Source: Fibrobacteria bacterium (GTDB lineage Bacteria > Fibrobacterota > Fibrobacteria > UBA11236 > JADFYW01). Taken from it: a stretch of DNA of 64,000 bases. The notes beneath the pieces are model-generated. The model did no database searches, was not told the origin of the DNA, and saw only the letters and a program-made list of their open reading frames with translations. Position numbers and translations under genes: made by a program. The DNA lies in the NCBI GenBank assembly GCA_050294405.1, contig JBNKOC010000012.1:670202-734201 (forward strand), in the 5' to 3' direction. Below are positions 9,493-18,825 of the stretch, one piece after another (positions within the stretch are counted from its first letter, which is position 1; every line of letters begins with the position of its first letter).

Positions 9493-10902
9493 TCAAGGAA
9501 GGGAAGAAAGCAAGTTTTGAGCAAATTGGCCCAATTTTGGGTCTCTGGCTCCCATACTAATAAAAATATCCCCTTTTTGAGCAAAATTAGAAGCCTGCTG
9601 CAAAATGGCTTCTTTGTTTTCAAAAAATTCTCCAATGGGGCTCAGTCCATTGATTTTAGTTATCAAATCTTTTGAAGAAATATCCTTTTGGGCTGTTCCC
9701 CCAGCGTAATAGATTTCAGGAAACCAAACCCTGTCTTCAGTACTCAGAATATCCGCAAAAATCTGGCATAATTCATCTCCCATGAGCTTCATAGGGGCGA
9801 ACCCATGGGGGTGAAAAATAGCAATGACTCTTTTAAAATCCGGAGAGCTATTTTTTAATTGCAACACAGCTTTAAGACAGGCTTCCACTTTGGCTGGATT
9901 GTGGGCAAAATCATCCAGTACCCAAACGCCCTTTTTCTCTCCTACTTTATATAGGCGTCGCTCTATGCCCTCGTAATTGGATAAGGCTTTTGCACAGTGT
10001 TCCAGGGATACTCCCAGCGCCTGGGCGGCGCAGATGGCAGCCAAGGCATTTTGCATATTAAATTCACCGGGCACTTTTAATTCAAAGCCAATGTGATTAA
10101 TGGAAAAACTGGAGCCCCATCCTAAAAGGCAGGTATCCTCCACGGCTAAGTTGTGATAACCGGTATATATATTATTCAGGCTGTAATGCAGGGATTTTAG
10201 GCGCGCGGGAATTTGCAACTTGGGAATTTCCAAATCCTCTTTATTCCAAACCGCGAAAGTTTGGCTGTGGTTCATAAATTCCTGGAAAAGGGGCAAGAGC
10301 TGGGGAATTTCCTGATGGTCCTTTTGAATGTTTAGTAACATGGAAAGGTAGGGCCGATATTTAACAATGCTGCCATCGGATTCATCGGCTTCGAAAATCA
10401 AATAATCCCCGTGACCATAGGCGCAATTGCCCGGCTCCCCCATGTTGGTGAGGCGGTTTAAATTGGCCCCGTTTATAAAAGAGGGGGAAAGGCCGGCTGT
10501 TTCCAGAATTTCAAATAACATGGCACACACCGAAGACTTGCCCGAGGTTCCTCCAATGGCGATGGATTTTTTTTTATTGCTGAGAAGGGCCAGCAAATCA
10601 CTGCGGGAAATAATGGGAATTTGGTATTCCATAGCGCGGGCAATTTCTATATGGTCCTCTTCAATGGCCGTGCTTTTTACCACCACGCTGGCATCTGGCT
10701 GAAGCCCTTTGGCATTTTGAGGATGTACTTCAATACCGAGCTTTTTAAAAATAGGAGCCGTGGGAGATAGCAAAAAATTTTCCAGCATTCTGTCGGACCC
10801 GGATACCTTATAGCCCTGTTGAGCCAGGTATTGGGCCAGAGCGCTCATACCAGAGCCTGCTATTCCAATAAAAAAGGGCTTTTTTAGGGAGATATCCTGC
10901 AT
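9493..10902 (-). CDS. murC: MurC/Mpl-family UDP-N-acetylmuramate-amino acid ligase
   Basis: FFIGIAGSGMSALA Rossmann motif, P-loop GGTSGKSS, EADESDGS, DDFAHNP. The likely start is ATG 10902 (the track starts at 10956). The P-loop is divergent, so it may be a paralog. Confidence 0.8.
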   Translation of the reverse strand: MQDISLKKPFFIGIAGSGMSALAQYLAQQGYKVSGSDRMLENFLLSPTAPIFKKLGIEVHPQNAKGLQPDASVVVKSTAIEEDHIEIARAMEYQIPIISRSDLLALLSNKKKSIAIGGTSGKSSVCAMLFEILETAGLSPSFINGANLNRLTNMGEPGNCAYGHGDYLIFEADESDGSIVKYRPYLSMLLNIQKDHQEIPQLLPLFQEFMNHSQTFAVWNKEDLEIPKLQIPARLKSLHYSLNNIYTGYHNLAVEDTCLLGWGSSFSINHIGFELKVPGEFNMQNALAAICAAQALGVSLEHCAKALSNYEGIERRLYKVGEKKGVWVLDDFAHNPAKVEACLKAVLQLKNSSPDFKRVIAIFHPHGFAPMKLMGDELCQIFADILSTEDRVWFPEIYYAGGTAQKDISSKDLITKINGLSPIGEFFENKEAILQQASNFAQKGDIFISMGARDPKLGQFAQNLLSSLP

Positions 10903-11093
10903 ATTAATAATCCGGAATTGTTTTACCTGGCTTAATATACCATTTGGGGCTGGCAAGGTTCAGGAAATTTCCACAAAATTCCCCAAGTATGGCTTATTTT
11001 AGGCATTTTTTCTATTTCATTTTGACCCTGATTTAATAATTTCAGGGGGTCGGCTAACCCGTGTATTTAGCCAGGATATTCACAGAGAACCGA

Positions 11094-11729
11094 ATGAATA
11101 CTTTGTTAAAAATTATTGTTTTTTCCTTTTTGTGCAGCTTTGCCCTTTGTTATGGGGAAAGCCAGCGAGATGTTATGGAAAAGGCCGCAAAGTACTACAA
11201 GGAGGCGGGTAGTTTTAAATTGCTGTTTCATTCCAAAGTGTATGTGGCGGCCATGGATGAATGGGAAAATACAGAGGGAACCCTTTGGGTAGGCCCTAAT
11301 AATTCCTTTCGCCTGGAGTTGCCCACCCTTACCATGGCCTCCAATGGCAAAACCCTATACAAGCATAGCGAATCCAACAATCAAATCGTGGTGGAAACTG
11401 TGGGAGAAAAAAGCTCCGGCCAGCATCCTTCCCAGCTTTTGTTTTCTTTTTTAGAGTGCAAACCTTTGGGTATGGAAGAATCGGAAGGAGAAGGGGGAAA
11501 GCTTTTAAAGCTGGATTTAAAACCGGAAAAAAACCTAAGGCAATTTACCAAATTGCAAGTGTGGTTGGATGCGAAAAGCAAGGCTCCCGTTAAAATGCTT
11601 ACAGAAGACGAAGCGGAAAATCGCCATGTATATGAAATAAAGAAAATTATTCCCAAGCAAAAATTTAAAGATAAACTGTTCTCGCTCAATAAAATCAAAG
11701 GGGTGGAATGGGTGGACTTGAGAGGTTGA
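11094..11729 (+). CDS. lolA: Outer-membrane lipoprotein carrier LolA-family protein
   Basis: Signal peptide; GTLWV...FRLE...SNGKTLY...NQIVV...HPSQLL pattern of the LolA fold. Likely ATG start 11094. Confidence 0.75.
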   Translation: MNTLLKIIVFSFLCSFALCYGESQRDVMEKAAKYYKEAGSFKLLFHSKVYVAAMDEWENTEGTLWVGPNNSFRLELPTLTMASNGKTLYKHSESNNQIVVETVGEKSSGQHPSQLLFSFLECKPLGMEESEGEGGKLLKLDLKPEKNLRQFTKLQVWLDAKSKAPVKMLTEDEAENRHVYEIKKIIPKQKFKDKLFSLNKIKGVEWVDLRG

Positions 11730-11733
11730 GCTG

Positions 11734-13311
11734 GTGGTAAGATTTCTTCTTTTGGCTTTGGGAATGTTTATAATCCCCCAAAGTTTTTCCCAGGGAGATG
11801 TTCTAGTTTCCAAGGGTTCCGGGTTTTTGCGCAGCAGCGGCAATCAAATCTGGATGTTTAATAAAAGCTCTGATAGCGAAAACCTCTCTTTTAGCCGCAT
11901 AAACTTTTTTACCAATCCACCGGAAGTCTATACCACAAAAAGGGAAGAGTATCCTTTGACCCATGCTGTTAGCGTAGGCCGAACAGTTTTTGGCCATTCC
12001 ATAAAGGAAGTAGATTTTTATCCGGAGGGAGATGGAAAAGATATTTGGGTGGGCTTCTTCCAATTGGAATCCAGTGACGATAAAGAGCGATTTGATTTTA
12101 TCTATCAGGATAACTCGGGCCTTAGCTCCGCGGTGGAAATTTCGGACTTGGATGTTTGGGATTCCCTGATTTTTCTTAGTTATGGAAACGGGGGAATTGC
12201 CGCTCTCGAATATGGCTCAGAGGCAAACAATTGGAATGTGAACATGGGGGAAAGCCTTGGATTTTTCTCTTTAGATAAAAACGATTCCCTTCAGCAAATA
12301 TTAAGCTGCTCTTTATCTGACACCTGCTCTTTTTCAGCCCTCAATGGTTTGGAAAATGATATTGGAGTGCTATACATTGACGAGTTGGCTTTAAGTTCGG
12401 TTAACGACAGCTTGTTTGTGTATGTTATTGCGGGTTCTTCTTCGGAGGATGAAAATAACGAAACGGGTAGTTTGAAAAAAGGGCTTTGGGGAGAAGGAAA
12501 GTTACAGGATTTGAACATACCTGAACTGGAAAACCTGGAACTCGGCGCCAATTTACTTTCCGTGAACCCTAACAATAACATTTTGTGGCTTTTTGCCAAA
12601 AACAGCCTGTATCTTAGTTCTGATAGAGGGAATAGTTTTCAGAAAGCCCAGGGAATCCCCGAAGATATTTTAAGCCGATATGAAAAGCCCAGCCTTGCTT
12701 TTTTAGGAGATAGCACACTTATTAATTTTAACTTTCCCAACAATCCGGGATTGGTGTATTTCTTGGGAGACAGCTTGCTAAGTTTTCCCCAAGAGGAGAA
12801 TGACCCCTATTCCACTTTTTTAGAACCGGATTTACGGCAATTGTTGCCTCCTGGAATTAGCCTTGGCGAAATTGCCATCGCCAGTGAGGGAAATGAAAAT
12901 GTTATTGCAGTGGGAAGCGCCGGACAAGGGCTTTTTTACAAAATGGCGGAATCCGACGAACCCTGGCAAAATTTAATTCTGCAAACAGGAGTTAAAAAAG
13001 GGCTTTCCCAGGTTATTACTTTTCCCAGTATATTTGACGGTTCAGGGACAGTAGGACTCGGATACCAAATTTCCAACGATGCCAATGTTACTATTAAGGT
13101 TTTTAATTACGCCATGGAAGAAGTTCGAACTTTGGTGAAATCCGGTAAAAGGGTAGGCGGAGGCTCACGCAGTGAAAATACCGTAGAAGACCGTTGGGAC
13201 GGCCGGGACGACCATGGGAACTTGGTGGCGGCCGGAATGTATTACATACAGGTGGATGCGGACTCAGGCGAACGGGGCTGGGGAAAAGTGATGGTGGTAA
13301 GTGGCCGCTAA
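11734..13311 (+). CDS. Secreted beta-propeller-like protein with C-terminal FlgD-Ig/T9SS-CTD-like domain
   Basis: Signal peptide; one BNR-like SSDRGNSF; C-terminus VTIKVFNYAMEEVRTL...WDGRDDHGNLVAAGMYYIQV. Confidence 0.75.
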   Translation: MVRFLLLALGMFIIPQSFSQGDVLVSKGSGFLRSSGNQIWMFNKSSDSENLSFSRINFFTNPPEVYTTKREEYPLTHAVSVGRTVFGHSIKEVDFYPEGDGKDIWVGFFQLESSDDKERFDFIYQDNSGLSSAVEISDLDVWDSLIFLSYGNGGIAALEYGSEANNWNVNMGESLGFFSLDKNDSLQQILSCSLSDTCSFSALNGLENDIGVLYIDELALSSVNDSLFVYVIAGSSSEDENNETGSLKKGLWGEGKLQDLNIPELENLELGANLLSVNPNNNILWLFAKNSLYLSSDRGNSFQKAQGIPEDILSRYEKPSLAFLGDSTLINFNFPNNPGLVYFLGDSLLSFPQEENDPYSTFLEPDLRQLLPPGISLGEIAIASEGNENVIAVGSAGQGLFYKMAESDEPWQNLILQTGVKKGLSQVITFPSIFDGSGTVGLGYQISNDANVTIKVFNYAMEEVRTLVKSGKRVGGGSRSENTVEDRWDGRDDHGNLVAAGMYYIQVDADSGERGWGKVMVVSGR

Positions 13312-14314
13312 AATTTTTACCTGGATGTTAATCAGCGTAGGCTTCCAAATGGCACTGGCTTCTAATGAGCGCATGTTAGGTTCTTATCCCGGAGTGCTGG
13401 ACCGCATGGGAGCGGGCATTGCTGAATTGGGGCAGGGCAATGCTGTGAGTTCCCGGTTAGATATCACCCCAGCTTCCTATTGGAACCCCGCCATATTAGG
13501 ATTTCTCGGCAAAAAACCTGTGCTTTCCATGGGGGCGGACATGAGATCTCTCAACCGAAATGGAGGCTATGCCAGCATTGAGTGGAAGGTTGCCCCTAAC
13601 ATGGGCTGCGGTCTTAGCCTGGTGAATAGAGGAGATTATAATTTCGAAGCCTATGATGAAAACGAAGAACTCTTGGGCACCGCACGTCCTCAGGATTTAG
13701 GCTTTTATTTGGGAATGGGAATTAAAACATCCAGAAGAAATAGCTTGGGAGCGTCTTTACAATGGTTTCAGGCCAACCGGGATATTGGCGGCGTGGGAGA
13801 TATTAATACCATTGGTATCTGGAACGTATCCTGGTTTAGAAAGTGGAATAATAACTGGCAGTCCGGTTTGGTAATACGAAATTTAGGAATGAACAAAAGG
13901 TTGTCGGCATCTTATGAGTACCGAAGTTTTATTGGGGGAAATGCGGCTCAGTTGGACGGCACTGCGGAAGATTTTTTTCCAAAAACCATGGTGGCTTCTG
14001 TTCGCTATACCACCAAGTTAGCGGAAAGAGAGCTTAGCCTTGCCTTCGAATTCCTGGATTTTCAGTTAGATCCTGAATTTTTTGACATGGACGCGGACCA
14101 CCATGCCCAGGGAATTCGCCTTGGAGCCGAGTATCAGTTTAAATCGGATATGCAGCTGCGAGCTGGTTTTGATAGGGGGAATATTTCCTTTGGCTTTGGC
14201 TATTTGCTGCCCTATTTTAAACGCAAAAAAATCAGTTTTGATTACGCCGTATTATTGGAACGCTACGCTACCACCATTAATATTCTATTATTTGGATTAA
14301 AATATCATATATGA
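13301..14314 (+). CDS. PorV/PorQ-like outer-membrane beta-barrel protein
   Basis: Signal peptide; GxGxxxxGxG followed by YWNPAILG; YDEN...GT; GLVIRNLG; LRAG; DYA; terminal GLKYHI strand. Confidence 0.75.
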   Translation: MAAKIFTWMLISVGFQMALASNERMLGSYPGVLDRMGAGIAELGQGNAVSSRLDITPASYWNPAILGFLGKKPVLSMGADMRSLNRNGGYASIEWKVAPNMGCGLSLVNRGDYNFEAYDENEELLGTARPQDLGFYLGMGIKTSRRNSLGASLQWFQANRDIGGVGDINTIGIWNVSWFRKWNNNWQSGLVIRNLGMNKRLSASYEYRSFIGGNAAQLDGTAEDFFPKTMVASVRYTTKLAERELSLAFEFLDFQLDPEFFDMDADHHAQGIRLGAEYQFKSDMQLRAGFDRGNISFGFGYLLPYFKRKKISFDYAVLLERYATTINILLFGLKYHI

Positions 14315-15240
14315 TAAAGTGGATATTAATGGGATGTATAGGGCTATTGGGGCCGGGCGCACTTTTTGCCGATTGGTATGAAATGGATAGGGGAGCTGGG
14401 GAAGCCAGTTTTCAAATTTTAAAAATACATTTGGACCCCAAAGTGGTGGCCATGGCAGGTGCGGGAACGGCTCTCTATGGTCGGGCGCTGAGTTCAACGG
14501 ATATGAACCCTGCCAGCATTAATCCCGACAGCATGTCTTTGTATCTGGGCCAGGGCTACCCTTACAGAGAATCAGGCGCCATGATTAGCCATGGAATCTG
14601 GAATCTGGATTTTAGCAATCACAAAACATTTTTCCATTATCGTTATTTGGGCTTCGGGGGTGATCTTCCCGGTTACGATGCGGACAATAACCCCACCTCC
14701 GATTACAGCGCCCATAGCCTTAAAGTGGAATTTGGGTATGCCAATCGTTTTAAATTTGTGAACTATGGGGCGGGCATAAGTTATGTGGAAAATAACATAT
14801 CCTGGGCCAACTACCGAACTTTTATTTTGGATTTGGGTTTACAAGCCAATGTATTGCCTGGTCTTTCCCTGGGAGCGGCCCTAAATAACGGAGAAATTTT
14901 CACCTCTGAGCCTCAAACCTCTGCCGGGGTGAAACCATTTCCTCCCACCACAGTGAGAGCAGGTATCGCCTATACATACAACGCTCCGAAGGAAATAGAT
15001 CTGTGCATAGCTTTGGATGCCAGAACTCGCAAAGATGAAAAATTAAATTTTCCCATGGGAGTTGAAATAAGCTGGAAAAAAATCATTTCCCTTAGAACAG
15101 GTTATCCCCTGGGAGAACCAGAACCCGCCCAGTCCTTTGGAATCGGAGTTCAATACAAGCGCCTTATTGTGGACTACGGCTTAAAACGCTACGAGACCTT
15201 AAGTCCTGGGCATTTTTGGATGTTGGGACTCAAGATTTAA
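14311..15240 (+). CDS. PorV/PorQ-like outer-membrane beta-barrel protein
   Basis: FQILKIHLDPKVVAMAGAGTA...MNPAS, DLGLQ, PTTVRAGIAY, LRTGY, VDYG. Coupled to the previous gene by an ATGA overlap. Confidence 0.8.
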   Translation: MIKWILMGCIGLLGPGALFADWYEMDRGAGEASFQILKIHLDPKVVAMAGAGTALYGRALSSTDMNPASINPDSMSLYLGQGYPYRESGAMISHGIWNLDFSNHKTFFHYRYLGFGGDLPGYDADNNPTSDYSAHSLKVEFGYANRFKFVNYGAGISYVENNISWANYRTFILDLGLQANVLPGLSLGAALNNGEIFTSEPQTSAGVKPFPPTTVRAGIAYTYNAPKEIDLCIALDARTRKDEKLNFPMGVEISWKKIISLRTGYPLGEPEPAQSFGIGVQYKRLIVDYGLKRYETLSPGHFWMLGLKI

Positions 15241-15247
15241 GTGAGCT

Positions 15248-16093
15248 TTAAAATGCGCTTCCGCTAATTAGAGCGAGTACCCCCGCCAACATATAAATTT
15301 TTAAAGCCTTTTGGGTTTGTGTCCAATTCACATGAGGTTTTAAAAGCGCCTGTAAAATTGATATAAAGGAGGGGCCTCCTATTAGAGCCAATATTATTAA
15401 ATAGCTAAAATGGTAATCTTGGTGAAAATAAGGAAAGGGATAAAGCAGCAACAACAGGGCCCACAAGGCTAAACATATATTTACCGTTTTTTTCTCTCCC
15501 AATTTGTTGGCAAGAGTTTGTACTCCCGTTGCCTTATCTCCTTTTGCATCTTCGGCGTCTTTGGCAATCTCCCGAAACAAGGTGGATAAAAAAGCAAAAG
15601 CAAAGGGGTAAAAACTATCCTGAGGCAATTTTGGCCATTCGAAGTACCAAACGGCAATGGCGCACAATAAAGCCACGGTGAAATTTCCCCAGAATATGCT
15701 GTTTTTTAACTTATGGTTATATACATATAGAAACGCAATCACAATCAAAGATAAAAACAACCTGGCTGAGTCCAGAAAAGCAGCCAAGACAAAACCGCAT
15801 GTATAGAACCCCCGCATAAACCCGAGGGCTGTTTTAAGAGGGATGTTGCCATTTACCAGGGGCCGGTTTTTACCTTCGGCCCTGTCTGTTTCTATATCTA
15901 AAATATCGTTTTGGATATTTCCCGCGGCGGTCATCAACCCCAGACTGGCAAAGCCAATAGCCCATTGAAAAAAGCCAGGTGAGTTCGCTAAACAAAGGGC
16001 TCCCAATGCCATGCTGAAACCCACGATGGCAATATTTTGAAATCGAATGAGTTGAAAAAAAGCTTTAATCATGGACACATAAATGTAGTACAT
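15248..16093 (-). CDS. UbiA-superfamily prenyltransferase, DGGGP-synthase-like
   Basis: Multi-TM protein; NDILDIETD...RPLVNG and REIAKDAEDAKGD aspartate-rich motifs. Confidence 0.85.
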   Translation of the reverse strand: MYYIYVSMIKAFFQLIRFQNIAIVGFSMALGALCLANSPGFFQWAIGFASLGLMTAAGNIQNDILDIETDRAEGKNRPLVNGNIPLKTALGFMRGFYTCGFVLAAFLDSARLFLSLIVIAFLYVYNHKLKNSIFWGNFTVALLCAIAVWYFEWPKLPQDSFYPFAFAFLSTLFREIAKDAEDAKGDKATGVQTLANKLGEKKTVNICLALWALLLLLYPFPYFHQDYHFSYLIILALIGGPSFISILQALLKPHVNWTQTQKALKIYMLAGVLALISGSAF

Positions 16094-16185
16094 ATTAAAA
16101 TTTTGCGCTTTGCTTTGGCCCCTCTTGGCAAGCCTTGCCTAAAGTCAAGCTGGCAAATTTTAAGATTGATAGACGAAGGAAAGTT

Positions 16186-16848
16186 TTAAACTTTTAAATA
16201 GTCAATGGCGCTGTTTAAGTCTTTTTGCACGGGAATGATGTGCAAGATGCCGCTCATTTCCAAGGTGGAATGGATGGACTGAGATACATGGCAAAGGGCC
16301 ACTCGTTTGCCCACGCTGTCGCAGTGGCTTTTTAGAAAAACAAAACCGCCTACAGCGAGAGTGCTTATATGGGTTAGATTTTTGCAATCGAGAATAATGG
16401 CGCTGGCTTTTTCCATAAGTTCAAAGGATTTTACTTTGAACTCTTCCAGAGAATAGGGCTCCATAAATTCGCCACCTAATTTTAAAATGGCCAGTCCCTT
16501 TTCGCTGTCTATTTGAGATTCAATGGAAAAGTGAACGCTGGAGGCAGGGTCTTTAACACTTTCTTTAGCAAAAGATTTGTGCTGGGGAAGTTTAGCTAAA
16601 ATGGCATCGCTGATGTTTATGAGCTGCAGGGCGCAATTACCACTTTTAAAAACAGAAATAATATCCTCGAATTTTTCGGCCACTTCCTCGTCCATTTCGT
16701 CCAAATCGCCGAAGTCGTAGCAAAAAGTTTTTTTGCCTATTTTCATAAAGTCGGCGATAGTGGAGCGCAGGTCTGAAAAGAATTTGTCATTAAAGGGAGG
16801 CTTTAATTCGAATATAAGCCCGATTTCTTCTCTTTTTAATCTTAACAT
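16186..16848 (-). CDS. Tandem STAS-domain protein (anti-sigma factor antagonist-like)
   Basis: C-terminal ILKLGGEF...IILDCKNLTHISTLAVG...LEMSGI STAS pattern; degenerate N-terminal STAS. Confidence 0.75.
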   Translation of the reverse strand: MLRLKREEIGLIFELKPPFNDKFFSDLRSTIADFMKIGKKTFCYDFGDLDEMDEEVAEKFEDIISVFKSGNCALQLINISDAILAKLPQHKSFAKESVKDPASSVHFSIESQIDSEKGLAILKLGGEFMEPYSLEEFKVKSFELMEKASAIILDCKNLTHISTLAVGGFVFLKSHCDSVGKRVALCHVSQSIHSTLEMSGILHIIPVQKDLNSAIDYLKV

Positions 16849-17097
16849 ATAATTTTGTGACCAGACCCTAACTGGATTCCTTATTATCTTAAATTGCCCG
16901 GCGCAAAATCAAGCCTTGCGGAAAAAATGCCCGGTATGTTCTAAATCTAAAACCTAATAGAAGATATTTTTTAATTTGTAATTTTTCCACCTTCTGGTGA
17001 ATTACTTTTGTCAAAATTAAAAAAAACACAGAAATTAGACATATTTTTAAATTAAAGTTGAAAAATTCCCAATTTTTGGGAAGGTAAAAATTAAAAA

Positions 17098-18150
17098 ATG
17101 ACTAAGCGAAAAAAACGGGGCACCTTATCCAGGCAATGGCACGATGGTAAGTTGGATGAAAATGCGCCTTCTGTGGCTCGTTGGTCCCGCGAAATTAAAT
17201 CTGCTAGTAAATCTCTCAAAACCAACAGCCATTATAATCTGGATTTGAAAGAGGGCTGGGTTGTGGAAGTCAACAAAAAATCCTGCAGGGTTCGTGATGA
17301 GGCTGCGGAAGATTACAACTGCACCTGGACCAAAAATTTGGATATGGGGGGGTACAGCTCTTTGGCGGTGGGAGATAGGGTCGGTTTTTCCATTGAGGTG
17401 GGCAATTCGGGTTTAATTTTAAAAGTCCACCCAAGGGAAAATATTATTACCCGGGTTGGTCCCAAGGACAGGCGAACCTCGAAAATGGCCTTGGCCGCTA
17501 ATGTGGACCAGGTAGTGGTGATTGTTTCTTATGCGCAGCCCAGATTTAATGGAAAGTTATTGGATAGGTTTTTGGCCCGGCTTCTGGAAGTGGAGGTTCC
17601 TAAAATTGTATGTGTGAACAAATTCGATTTGAAAGAAGAAGAGCCTAAGGAGTTAGCTCATTTGGCCACGGGACCTTACCGGGTGATTTCTACTTCCACC
17701 TTTACAGGAGAAGGACTGGATATTTTAGCCAAGGCTATGGCGGGTAAAAAAAATGTGTTTATTGGTGCTAGCGGCGTGGGAAAGTCCACTTTGATCAAAC
17801 ACTTTAGCGGAGATGAAGTGATACGGACCAATGAAGTTCGGGAAGTAGATGGTCGGGGACGGCACACCACCACTCGTTCTTCTGCTTATTATTGCGGGGA
17901 GGAAAGTTGGATTTTTGACACGCCCGGTATTCGGGAATTGCCTTTGTGGGACATTCATCCCGATCAAATCCGCCAATATTTTTTTGAATTTTATGAGCTT
18001 CCCGATGCCTGCCAGTACCGCAATTGCACACATTTAGAGGAGCAGGGCTGCGCTGTTTTACGGGCTCTGGAAGAAGGTAAAATCCGGGACTGGCGTTACG
18101 CTTCCTATAGGAAAATGATAGAAGGAGGAGAACGCAACTCCTACGTTTAA
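17098..18150 (+). CDS. rsgA: Ribosome small subunit-dependent GTPase A
   Basis: AVGDRV OB fold, NKFD, GASGVGKST, GRHTTT, DTPGIRE, zinc finger CQYRNCTHLEEQGC. Confidence 0.95.
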   Translation: MTKRKKRGTLSRQWHDGKLDENAPSVARWSREIKSASKSLKTNSHYNLDLKEGWVVEVNKKSCRVRDEAAEDYNCTWTKNLDMGGYSSLAVGDRVGFSIEVGNSGLILKVHPRENIITRVGPKDRRTSKMALAANVDQVVVIVSYAQPRFNGKLLDRFLARLLEVEVPKIVCVNKFDLKEEEPKELAHLATGPYRVISTSTFTGEGLDILAKAMAGKKNVFIGASGVGKSTLIKHFSGDEVIRTNEVREVDGRGRHTTTRSSAYYCGEESWIFDTPGIRELPLWDIHPDQIRQYFFEFYELPDACQYRNCTHLEEQGCAVLRALEEGKIRDWRYASYRKMIEGGERNSYV

Positions 18151-18207
18151 AGTTATTCGCAGTCTGAAATTTGACTAATTTTTTAAATAAGCTTTTTTTA
18201 CAAACCT

Positions 18208-18624
18208 ATGACGAACTTGCTATTTGCCAAAATTGCCATGGCCCTAACCGTTGGTTTTGTGGGTCTTAATTTACACCAGCTTTTTTCCCCCTATAAATAC
18301 GTAAAGGGAAAAATTGTGGAGTTTTCCAAATTTGTAAAGGAAACCGGGGATAAAACCAGCTTAAATATTATGTCCCTGCTTTTTTATGTGCTGGTGCCTG
18401 GCGTATATTTAATTCTACTGGCGAAAGCCGAGTTTTTCAATTTGGGTATGCTGGCCATTGGCCTTAAATTTTTGGTTACGGCTTCCTTTTCCTATTGGGT
18501 TCAAAAAAATATGATTCTAAACGGGCAGTACCCTAGGTGGATTCATGTTCTATCTAAGTCGGATAATATTTTAAATGTGATATTTTCCGCGGCTGTCGCC
18601 TATTTTTTAATATTCCCCGTTTAG
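18208..18624 (+). CDS. Hypothetical integral membrane protein
   Basis: 138-aa ORF with about four hydrophobic segments. Confidence 0.7.
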   Translation: MTNLLFAKIAMALTVGFVGLNLHQLFSPYKYVKGKIVEFSKFVKETGDKTSLNIMSLLFYVLVPGVYLILLAKAEFFNLGMLAIGLKFLVTASFSYWVQKNMILNGQYPRWIHVLSKSDNILNVIFSAAVAYFLIFPV

Positions 18625-18825
18625 CAGTATAGCACGGTCCATGGAGCCAGGTTGAGGATTAAAGGACTCCTGTTATTTTCTTTATTTTATCCCCCCAGGG
18701 GCGGATAAATGATCTATAATAGAAAAACCAAATCACAAAGCCTGGCATATTGGGAGTGTAGTTCTGTGGAAGGGATCCCTATCTAAGGGTGGGAAACTCT
18801 TCCCTGGAAAAATTCAGGGAGAAAA

